26,210 nt of DNA from Candidatus Woesearchaeota archaeon (lineage in GTDB: Archaea; Nanobdellota; Nanobdellia; Woesearchaeales; WAPY01). Where the stretch lies: positions 1-26,210 of the forward strand of contig WAPY01000002.1 of NCBI GenBank assembly GCA_015520525.1, read 5' to 3'. Both the position numbers and the translations under genes were made by a program. The notes under the pieces are model-generated. The model was not told where the DNA came from and did no database searches. It worked only from the letters and a program-made list of their open reading frames with translations. This document shows, piece by piece, positions 8,163-15,677 of the stretch (position 1 is its first letter; each line of letters opens with the position of its first letter).

Positions 8163-8525
8163 ATGACCTTTTACAGGTGTAATGTTTGCGGAAAGGTAGT
8201 TGAAGTAATTAAAGACGGCAAGGGAACTTTAGTCTGCTGTAATCAAGAGATGGAAAAACTCACAGAGAAGTATGAAGAAGGCAACAAGCATGTTCCAGTA
8301 ATAATTAGAAAGGATGATGCTTACATAGTAAAGGTTGGAAATGTCCCTCATCCAATGGAAGAGAATCATTACATAAGCATGATTGAACTTGAAGTTGATG
8401 GAGTGAAGCACAGAAAAACATTGAAGCCGGGAGACAAGCCTGAGGCGGAGTTTAAAATTCCCGCAGGTAAAGATGTTAAAGCAATTGAATACTGCACAAT
8501 TCATGGGCTGTGGAGATCAAAATAA
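8163..8525 (+). CDS. dfx: desulfoferrodoxin (2Fe superoxide reductase)
   Basis: Centre I CNVC...CC; centre II KHVP, PHPM, HYI and CTIHGLW. Confidence 0.93.
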   Translation: MTFYRCNVCGKVVEVIKDGKGTLVCCNQEMEKLTEKYEEGNKHVPVIIRKDDAYIVKVGNVPHPMEENHYISMIELEVDGVKHRKTLKPGDKPEAEFKIPAGKDVKAIEYCTIHGLWRSK

Positions 8526-8528
8526 ACA

Positions 8529-9155
8529 GTGAATTATAAAATGTTGATTGAGAAGATTAAGAATCTCAAGAAGACAAAAGTTAGAGAACTTGTTGACAAG
8601 AGAATTAGGGACTTTGAAATGACGGGAAAGCAGGGAATTAAAAGAATATTCTCTGAGCTCTGCTTCTGCATACTGACCGCTAATTATTCAGCTTTAGGCG
8701 GAATAGAAATACAAAGAGAGATAGGCGATAAATTCTTAACCCTGAGCGAGAAAGAACTCTCAGAAGAGCTTAAAAAGTTGGGCCATAGGTTCCCAAACAA
8801 AAGAGCGGAGTTCATAGTTGAAGCGAGGAAAAAACTGCCTCTTATCGAAGAAGCTCTTAAACTTCCCGAGTTAAAATTAAGAGAATGGCTTGTAAAAAAC
8901 ATTAAAGGAATTGGATATAAAGAAGCGTCGCATTTCATGAGGAACATAGGATACAAAAATGCCGCTATAATTGATTTTCACATAATAGACCTTCTCGTCA
9001 GAGAAGGAATAATAAAAAAACCAAAGACATTGACGAAGAAGAAGTATCTTGAAGTGGAGTCAGAACTTAAGAAAATAGCTGACAAAACAGGTTTGAACCT
9101 TGCCGAGCTTGACCTTTACCTTTGGTATATGGAAACTGGGAAAATTCTAAAATAA
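8529..9155 (+). CDS. ogg: 8-oxoguanine DNA glycosylase/AP lyase, OGG2 type
   Basis: ELCFCILTAN, GHRFPNKRA, HhH IKGIGYKEASHFMRN, IIDFHI and C-terminal DLYLWYMETGKILK. GTG start 3 bp after dfx. Confidence 0.93.
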   Translation: MNYKMLIEKIKNLKKTKVRELVDKRIRDFEMTGKQGIKRIFSELCFCILTANYSALGGIEIQREIGDKFLTLSEKELSEELKKLGHRFPNKRAEFIVEARKKLPLIEEALKLPELKLREWLVKNIKGIGYKEASHFMRNIGYKNAAIIDFHIIDLLVREGIIKKPKTLTKKKYLEVESELKKIADKTGLNLAELDLYLWYMETGKILK

Positions 9156-9167
9156 AAACAAGGAGGA

Positions 9168-9590
9168 TTAAAGGTCGAGGGTTATCTCAGTAAACAACCC
9201 TTCTTTATCCCTGCCGAACTTAAAATCATTGTAAGTTATAGCTTTGATAACAGAAGTTATGTCATACTTTGAAAGCTCAGAATCGCCGCAGACAAGAACA
9301 TTAACCTTGAACTCGCCTTTATGATTCTTAAACAAATAAATGCTTTTGACTCTTGAGATTAAAAATCCCTCAGCGTCCAAAAGGAAGAGTAGCTCCTCTA
9401 AGAATTTGAAGACAATTTTCTCCTCACAGCAGGCGTCAAATTCTATCTTTTTGTCGACAGAACATGCAATATTATCATCAGTCATAACCCTCTTAAAAGC
9501 CTCAGCCGAATCTTTAATCAAGCCGAACAAATCATCAGCCTCAACTCTAATCCTTATATCAGCAGTCTTATCAATAAATTTGAAGCTCAT
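9168..9590 (-). CDS. archease (RtcB activator), divergent
   Basis: 140 aa. N-terminal TADI.I, FLEELLFL, IKAITY and C-terminal TLDL follow the archease pattern. rtcB lies 3.7 kb away on the same strand. Confidence 0.85.
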   Translation of the reverse strand: MSFKFIDKTADIRIRVEADDLFGLIKDSAEAFKRVMTDDNIACSVDKKIEFDACCEEKIVFKFLEELLFLLDAEGFLISRVKSIYLFKNHKGEFKVNVLVCGDSELSKYDITSVIKAITYNDFKFGRDKEGLFTEITLDL

Positions 9591-9610
9591 TTTATGTTGC
9601 CGTCTTTGGT

Positions 9611-9865
9611 TTAATATAATTGAATTCCATTACTGTAACTGTTGTCGTTGTTTTCTTTGTTGCTGTTGTTTTCCTCATCTTTGTTGTCAGAGTCATTTGA
9701 GAACATTGAGGCAAATCCGCCGACAATATTGTTGTTCTCCTCAATGTGTTTGTTCTCATCAACAGGCTCTCTATGAGTCTTATATTTTAAAAGCTCGTTG
9801 AACATTCTAATCAAAGCCCTCAACTCTCCAACTGACAACCTTTCCGTATCTATTTTTACCTCCAT
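9611..9865 (-). CDS. small hypothetical protein with acidic Asn-rich tail
   Basis: SD GGAGGTG at 9871-9877 precedes ATG 9865 (MEVKIDTERLS...). Low-complexity tail DSDNKDEENNSNKENNDN. Confidence 0.7.
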   Translation of the reverse strand: MEVKIDTERLSVGELRALIRMFNELLKYKTHREPVDENKHIEENNNIVGGFASMFSNDSDNKDEENNSNKENNDNSYSNGIQLY

Positions 9866-9876
9866 AAAAACACCTC

Positions 9877-10266
9877 CTACTTTTTCCAATAATAAATTCT
9901 AACAAAGTAAAATTTAGTGGCGGTAGAGTTCCCGCATATAAAAAATGTTTTCGAATGAACATTATTAGAGCTGTTTATATTCATAATATAATTTGGGTTC
10001 TCCGATATACTTAAATTAAAATTGTAATCTGGGTAGAGAGGAATTAAATATTCATCAACTACAGAAAGAGCTCCCGCAGAATCATCTGCAACCACAGCAT
10101 TTCTAAAAGAGTTCATAAGAGGAAAATAATCTGGAATAATAACTTGATGACTACGAGTTTGAGTTGTTGGAAGAATATACAATAAAGCAATTATACTTAA
10201 AATAATAGATATGACAACCTCAAGAGTTCTTAAAACGCCTCCCTTGTTTTTTCTGCTTCTGCCCAT
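9877..10266 (-). CDS. putative pilin-like protein with class III signal peptide
   Basis: MGRSRKNKGG|VLRTLEVVISIILSIIALLYIL: basic stretch, Gly, acidic residue at about +6, then a hydrophobic helix. Confidence 0.6.
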   Translation of the reverse strand: MGRSRKNKGGVLRTLEVVISIILSIIALLYILPTTQTRSHQVIIPDYFPLMNSFRNAVVADDSAGALSVVDEYLIPLYPDYNFNLSISENPNYIMNINSSNNVHSKTFFICGNSTATKFYFVRIYYWKK

Positions 10267-10267
10267 G

Positions 10268-11524
10268 CTAAGACCTCCAAGCTCTTAAAGTAAAAGATAA
10301 ACTTGAGAAACTTCCATTGTCCAAAAGCAGAGGAAGGTAATAAATTTTTGAATAAACATCATTGTTGGTTGAAGAGTTTCCTACACTGATTAATGTTCCA
10401 TTATAAAAAACACTTACGCCAAAGTTCTCACTTCCACTGGAGTAATTCTCCAACCAGCTCTTTAAAATTGACTCGTTAATGATCTTGTTTGGATCCATTC
10501 CAGATAAGACTCTGAAAGAACCAAACCTGACTTGATAATTAGGAAATTCAAATTCAGGAGTTAACAGGTTGGAGTTATCAACATAAAACAAGTATTTAAA
10601 TTGAGAATTGAAGAAAGAATTCAAAGAGAGAGATAAGGTATTATCTTGAGAGCATAAGGAAACATTAGACGGAGTGAATATCATTTCAAAACTTAAGCCC
10701 CTGCTTTTGTCCACAAATAAAATGTGGCTTGTTGAGAAATTATAGCAAAAGTCAGTTGATATATTCAGCTTGCCGCTGTGGGAATCGTCAGCGTAGAATT
10801 CTGAAAAGTTTGCTATATAAAACTTAGCAGAAATGTAATGAGGAAACTCATCATTAGATGTTACCGAGCAGGCAAGCCAATTGTGGCCTCCAAAGGTGTA
10901 GCAGGAATTCTCAACATCATAATTTGAAGACTTGACAGCTGAAAGGTAGGGAAGATTTACAATAGAAGAATTATTAAATGTTAAAGGAGCAGTGTTTACT
11001 CTAAAAGAGGAATTGAACATTGCCACTCCCCGCGATGAGATGATAGAAACAGGGAGAGAATTATCCAACTCAGACCTTACACTCTGAGTGGATAAGTAAG
11101 TTGTGTTGCCGACAACCTGCTTAAACATTAATGAGGAGTATTGGTCCGGAGAATTGATGAGATGATAATATCCTTTGCTGGAAGAATTATCTAAAAAAAC
11201 CAGCATGCCATCCTCAAGTATAAAAGGAACCGAACCTTGATTTGAAACAAGAAGCGTGTGATTCTGTGAGAAATTCAAAAAGCTTGGAAGTCTAACTATA
11301 ATTGGAAATGAACCATTTGTGTTTGAATCAACAACTACAAAAAGCTTGTTCACAGTCCACTTGAGGCTGTCTAAATCTGACAAAGATGGAGGGAAATCGT
11401 AAGGCCTGCTTATCTCATAGTTTCTGACAAATATGAAAAGCCAAATGACAAACAAGAAGAACAAGCTCATACTGACAATGCTATCCACTTGAAGAAAACC
11501 CCTCTTTGAATTTAAACGAAGCAT
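10268..11524 (-). CDS. large secreted/surface protein with class III (prepilin-like) signal peptide
   Basis: MLRLNSKRG|FLQVDSIVSMSLFFLFVIWLFIFV, followed by a Ser/Asn-rich, beta-rich-looking body with many N-x-S/T sequons. TATA ATTTAAAT lies about 22 nt upstream. Confidence 0.65.
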   Translation of the reverse strand: MLRLNSKRGFLQVDSIVSMSLFFLFVIWLFIFVRNYEISRPYDFPPSLSDLDSLKWTVNKLFVVVDSNTNGSFPIIVRLPSFLNFSQNHTLLVSNQGSVPFILEDGMLVFLDNSSSKGYYHLINSPDQYSSLMFKQVVGNTTYLSTQSVRSELDNSLPVSIISSRGVAMFNSSFRVNTAPLTFNNSSIVNLPYLSAVKSSNYDVENSCYTFGGHNWLACSVTSNDEFPHYISAKFYIANFSEFYADDSHSGKLNISTDFCYNFSTSHILFVDKSRGLSFEMIFTPSNVSLCSQDNTLSLSLNSFFNSQFKYLFYVDNSNLLTPEFEFPNYQVRFGSFRVLSGMDPNKIINESILKSWLENYSSGSENFGVSVFYNGTLISVGNSSTNNDVYSKIYYLPLLLDNGSFSSLSFTLRAWRS

Positions 11525-11606
11525 ACAATAATTATCACATATGAGTATTTAAATATTCTTGCTTTAACCAAAATCTTTTATATTAAAACATATACAACAT
11601 CTCAAG

Positions 11607-14600
11607 ATGGCAGACAAATACAATCCTCAAGAAGTTGAAGAGAAAATATTAAGATTCTGGACGGAGCACAATATATACCAAAAGGCTCGAGAACAAAACA
11701 AGGGCCACAAGAGATTCTACTACTTGGACGGACCCCCATACACGAACGGCGCAATACATGTTGGGCACGCTTGGGGAAAATCCTTGAGAGATGCTGTTCT
11801 TAGGTATAAAAGAATGCAAGGATTTGATGTTTGGGACAGGCCAGGATTTGACATGCACGGCCTTCCAATAGAAGTTGCAGTTGAGAAAAAGCTAGGAATA
11901 AAAGACAAAAAACAGATTGTTGAGGAAGAAGGACTTGCTAAATTCACAGAAGAATGCAAGAATTTCGCCCTTGAGAAGATGACTCCTATGATAAAAGACT
12001 TCAAGAGAATAGGAGTTTGGATGGACTGGGACAACCCATACATGACCATCACAAATGAGTACATAGAAAGCGTCTGGTGGGCGCTTAAAAAAGCCAAAGA
12101 AAAAGGTCTTCTCTATGAGGGATTAAAAACAATGACCTGGTGCCCGAGATGTGCAACAGCACTCGCCAAGCACGAGCTTGAATATCACACAAGAACAGAC
12201 ACATCCATATATGTTAAGTTCAGAATAATAAGAGACGGAAAAGAAACCAAAGACTACTTGATAATCTGGACGACAACTCCTTGGACCTTGCCGTTCAACC
12301 TTGCAGTTATGGTGCATCCAGACTTTGATTATGTGAAGATGAAAGTCGGAGAAGAAAACTGGATAGTTGCAAAGGAGCGAGTTGAAGATTTTATGAACTT
12401 AATAGGAAAAGAGTATGATATTGTAGAAGAATTTAAGGGGAAAAATCTTGATGGAGTTCATTACAAACCTCCCTTCTATGATGAGGTTCCCCAGCTTAAA
12501 GAGATAGAAGAAAACAACAACAGGGCGTTTTCAGTGATACTCTCAAAAGAATATGTTGATTTAGAATCAGGATCCGGCTTAGTTCATGCAGCTCCGGGCT
12601 GTGGACCTGAAGATTATGAAGTATGCAGTAAATACGGACTGCCGGCTTTCAATGTAGTTGATGAAGAGGGAGTCTTCCCCGACTCAATACCTGCATTCCA
12701 CGGTTTAAGAGCAAAAACAGACGATGAGAAATTCATAATGTTCCTAAGAGGAAAGGGTGTTCTCGTCGCAGAAGCGCCAATAACACATGATTACGCGCAC
12801 TGCTGGAGATGCAAGAGCCCTGTAATATTTAGAGCGACGAAGCAATGGTTCCTCGCAGTTGGAAAACTCAAGGAAGAGATGAGAGAAGCCAACAAGAAAA
12901 TAAAATGGGTTCCGGAATGGGCAGGCAGTAAATGGTTTGACTCATGGCTTTCAAACCTTCAAGACTGGTGCATATCCAGGCAGAGATTCTGGGGAATACC
13001 TCTGCCCATCTGGAAATGCGACAAGTGCGGAGAGATAAAAGTAATAGGCTCTAAAGAAGAACTGGAAGAATTAAGCGGGCAGAAAATAGAAAACCTCCAT
13101 AGACCGTGGATTGACAAGATTACAATAAAATGTCCAAAATGCGGCGGAGAAATGCACAGAATACCGGATGTTTTAGATGTGTGGCTTGACTCAGGAGCAG
13201 CGTCATGGGCTACAATAGGATACCCAAAAGACAAAAAATTATTCGAAGAAATGTGGCCCGCGGACTTAATACTTGAAGGAAAAGACCAAATAAGAGGATG
13301 GTTCAACTCTCAGATGTGCCTCAGCTTCGTTAGCTTTGGAAAAGCTCCTTACAAAGCAGTCTATATGCACGGATTAATAAATGACTCTCAAGGCAGGAAA
13401 ATGTCAAAATCCTTGCACAATATAATCTCTCCATACGAAGTGGTGGATAAATACGGAGCTGACGCAATGAGATTTTATATGATAGGAGGCGCGAATCCCG
13501 GCCTGGATTTGAACTACAACTTTGAAGATCTCAAAGGGAAATACAAAACCTTAAACATGCTGTGGAACATAATATCATACCTCCTAAACTCAATAGAAAC
13601 TTACAGTGTGAAAATATTAAATTCTGAGGAGTATGACTCTCTAAAACTGGGAACAGAAGAGAAGTATATACTTTCAAGGTTGAACTCAACAATAAGAGAA
13701 ATGACAAAGAGCTTCGACAACTACGAGATACAGGCAAACTCAGCACTGCTTGACTCATTAATTGGAGACATAAGCAGGAAGTACATAAAGATGACGAGAA
13801 ATAAGATTAAAGAGAATCCCGACTTGGTTGTCAACACAATATACGATGTAGTGCTTGAAGCTTTAAAACTGGCGGCTCCAATAATCCCCTTCTTGTCTGA
13901 AGAGCTTTATCAAAGAATAAGAGGATACTCAGAAGAGGCGGATAAAGAAAGCATACACCTGTATGAATGGCCGGCATTTGATGAGATGAAAATAGACGAA
14001 AAGCTTGAAGAATCCTTCAAAATTTATGACAGCATACTTCAAGCAGGTCTTAATTTAAGAGAAAAAGCAGGCTATGGAATAAGATGGCCGTTCAAAGAGC
14101 TTACTATAATCACAAAAGACGACAGGATAAAAGAAGAAGTAAAAATCCTTGAGGAAATAATAAAGGAACAACTGAATGTGAAAACTATAAGCGTGAAAGA
14201 CAAGATTGACACGGTAAAAACAGCCAAGTTGAACTTCAGAGTCTTGGGCTCAAAATACAAATCAGACATACCTGCAATAATAGCAGAATTATCACTAGTG
14301 AAGCCAGAGATATTAGCAGAAACGATAAACAAGGAGGGAGCGTATAAGATCAAAGTTGGAGGCAAGGAAGTAGAGATAACAAAAGAGGACGTAATAGAAA
14401 AAGACGAGCTTCCTAAGAATGAGCTGGTTGCAGAAATACAAGGGACGGACGCTAAAGTTATGCTCGACACGGAACTGACAGAGGAACTGTTAAAAGAAGG
14501 ATACTTGAGAGAACTCACGAGAAGAATACAAGATATGAGGAAGAAGAGAGGATTGAAGCCGAAAGATAAAGTGGCGCTAAAAATATTCTTAAACAAGGAT

Positions 14601-14756
14601 TCATCATTCTTGGTAGAATATGAGGAAGAATTGTCAAAGAAGGTAGGCGCGTCATCAATAAGCTTCACAAAGACAAAAGACGAAACATACATAGAGCAAA
14701 AAATAAAAGACAAAACATTTTATGTGCACTTAGAAAATGGCGGCGAAAGTAGCTAA
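11607..14756 (+). CDS. ileS: isoleucyl-tRNA synthetase (archaeal/type 2)
   Basis: DGPPYTNGAIHVGH (HIGH), WTTTPWT and GSGLVH.APG (editing domain), DWCISRQRFWG, KMSKS. Confidence 0.97.
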   Translation: MADKYNPQEVEEKILRFWTEHNIYQKAREQNKGHKRFYYLDGPPYTNGAIHVGHAWGKSLRDAVLRYKRMQGFDVWDRPGFDMHGLPIEVAVEKKLGIKDKKQIVEEEGLAKFTEECKNFALEKMTPMIKDFKRIGVWMDWDNPYMTITNEYIESVWWALKKAKEKGLLYEGLKTMTWCPRCATALAKHELEYHTRTDTSIYVKFRIIRDGKETKDYLIIWTTTPWTLPFNLAVMVHPDFDYVKMKVGEENWIVAKERVEDFMNLIGKEYDIVEEFKGKNLDGVHYKPPFYDEVPQLKEIEENNNRAFSVILSKEYVDLESGSGLVHAAPGCGPEDYEVCSKYGLPAFNVVDEEGVFPDSIPAFHGLRAKTDDEKFIMFLRGKGVLVAEAPITHDYAHCWRCKSPVIFRATKQWFLAVGKLKEEMREANKKIKWVPEWAGSKWFDSWLSNLQDWCISRQRFWGIPLPIWKCDKCGEIKVIGSKEELEELSGQKIENLHRPWIDKITIKCPKCGGEMHRIPDVLDVWLDSGAASWATIGYPKDKKLFEEMWPADLILEGKDQIRGWFNSQMCLSFVSFGKAPYKAVYMHGLINDSQGRKMSKSLHNIISPYEVVDKYGADAMRFYMIGGANPGLDLNYNFEDLKGKYKTLNMLWNIISYLLNSIETYSVKILNSEEYDSLKLGTEEKYILSRLNSTIREMTKSFDNYEIQANSALLDSLIGDISRKYIKMTRNKIKENPDLVVNTIYDVVLEALKLAAPIIPFLSEELYQRIRGYSEEADKESIHLYEWPAFDEMKIDEKLEESFKIYDSILQAGLNLREKAGYGIRWPFKELTIITKDDRIKEEVKILEEIIKEQLNVKTISVKDKIDTVKTAKLNFRVLGSKYKSDIPAIIAELSLVKPEILAETINKEGAYKIKVGGKEVEITKEDVIEKDELPKNELVAEIQGTDAKVMLDTELTEELLKEGYLRELTRRIQDMRKKRGLKPKDKVALKIFLNKDSSFLVEYEEELSKKVGASSISFTKTKDETYIEQKIKDKTFYVHLENGGESS

Positions 14757-15222
14757 GGAAATCCCTTTATCCTCAATAACCTTGAGGAAGTATGAAAAGC
14801 CCTACCAAGCTGGAGAGAGGGAGCTTGTTAAAAAATACTGCCTCTCTGTGGGCCTATTGGAGCCGGGGGATTCGAGGGATGTGATCGTTGATTTGCTAAT
14901 AGTTCTTCTGAAAGCATCCAGCGATAAGAAAATGTTGAGCGTCGAAGATATAGTAAGACTTACAGCAGACGAGAGAAAACACCACAAATTGGACGACAAA
15001 GGATGCTCTGAACCTAACATAAGAAGGCAGCTGCTGAGGCTTAAAAACCTCGGAATCGTCGAGAAGATGCAATCAAAGTATAGAATAAAAGAATTCATGA
15101 GCCTGACAGAAATTGCAGAAGAAGTAGTAAAAAAGAGGACAGAAGACATACTCAACAGGATAATCCTATATTCAAAAGCTATAGATGATAAATTCTCAAA
15201 GACGGAGGAAAAAGACGGCTGA
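14737..15222 (+). CDS. uncharacterised winged-helix protein
   Basis: C-terminal SEPNIRRQLLRLKNLGIVEK...YRI resembles a wHTH recognition helix plus wing. The start overlaps the last 20 bp of ileS. Confidence 0.65.
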   Translation: MAAKVAKEIPLSSITLRKYEKPYQAGERELVKKYCLSVGLLEPGDSRDVIVDLLIVLLKASSDKKMLSVEDIVRLTADERKHHKLDDKGCSEPNIRRQLLRLKNLGIVEKMQSKYRIKEFMSLTEIAEEVVKKRTEDILNRIILYSKAIDDKFSKTEEKDG

Positions 15223-15251
15223 AAAGCTCGTCGGACCCTCCTCTAAATAGC

Positions 15252-15263
15252 AAAGCTTAAATA
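15252..15263 (+). promoter_or_regulatory. BRE/TATA promoter of the H1-like gene
   Basis: AAAGCTTAAATA. This would place the transcription start at about 15281-15285. Confidence 0.6.
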
Positions 15264-15283
15264 TTAGTTTTCATTAAAAAGAG

Positions 15284-15307
15284 GTAAGGTGATTAAAATC
15301 ACCCTAC
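15284..15307 (+). promoter_or_regulatory. stem-loop/inverted repeat in the 5' leader of the H1-like gene
   Basis: GTAAGGTGAT-TAAA-ATCACCCTAC: 10-bp stem with one A-C mismatch, immediately before SD AGGTGG and ATG 15320. Confidence 0.6.
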
Positions 15308-15319
15308 AAAAGGTGGTAA

Positions 15320-15562
15320 ATGATGGCACAAAAAGTTGCTAAGGTTGGTGTGAAGAAGGAACCGGGATATCTTTATTTTGTTGACAAGAATGGTGATGTG
15401 TCAAGGGCTAAGATGGCTCGTGGCGGAAAGAAGAGGAAGAAGAAGGCTAAGAAGACAACAAAGAAAAAAGTAGCGAAGAAAAAGAAGACAACAAAGAAAA
15501 AGACAGCTAAGAAGAAAACTGCCAAAAAGAAGAAAACAGCGAAGAAAAAGAGAAGAAGATAA
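15320..15562 (+). CDS. small basic protein with histone H1/HC2-like Lys-rich tail, putative nucleoid protein
   Basis: 80 aa with 33 Lys and 6 Arg against 3 acidic residues (hand count). A folded-looking N-terminus KVAKVGVKKEPGYLYFVDKNGDVSRAKMARGG is followed by repeated (T/V)(A/T)KKK units. It has its own TATA, SD and T-tract terminator. Confidence 0.85.
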   Translation: MMAQKVAKVGVKKEPGYLYFVDKNGDVSRAKMARGGKKRKKKAKKTTKKKVAKKKKTTKKKTAKKKTAKKKKTAKKKRRR

Positions 15563-15576
15563 ACAATAAACCGGCA

Positions 15577-15597
15577 TTTTATTTTTTTATTTTTATT
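15577..15597 (+). terminator. oligo-T terminator after the H1-like gene
   Basis: TTTTATTTTTTTATTTTTATT, 14 nt after the stop. Confidence 0.6.
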
Positions 15598-15643
15598 CAA
15601 CAATTTTATTCGACAATTTACACATTGTATTCAGCATTTTCTC

Positions 15644-15656
15644 AAAGTTTATAAAA
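15644..15656 (+). promoter_or_regulatory. BRE/TATA promoter of nre
   Basis: AAAGTTTATAAAA about 21 nt before ATG 15678, consistent with a leaderless transcript. Confidence 0.6.
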
Positions 15657-15677
15657 TCAAACTAATTCTGGAAATTG

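Noticed and set aside
5995-8525. Selenocysteine readthrough in the redox enzymes
   Set aside because: All catalytic positions are ordinary Cys/His codons and no in-frame TGA interrupts these ORFs.
11649-15155. Antisense ORFs inside ileS and the wHTH gene (for example 14072..14713 and 14802..15155)
   Set aside because: Ser/Phe/Leu-rich mirror translations of Lys/Glu-rich sense genes, typical shadow ORFs.
15427-15559. Short tandem DNA repeats (aagaagacaacaaagaaaaa, gctaagaagaa) as a CRISPR or satellite array
   Set aside because: Fully explained by the Lys-rich peptide repeats; no repeat-spacer periodicity and no cas genes.
15373-15603. Phe-rich hydrophobic ORF antisense to the H1-like gene
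   Set aside because: It is the reverse complement of AAG/AAA lysine runs. Promoter, SD and terminator all support the plus strand.
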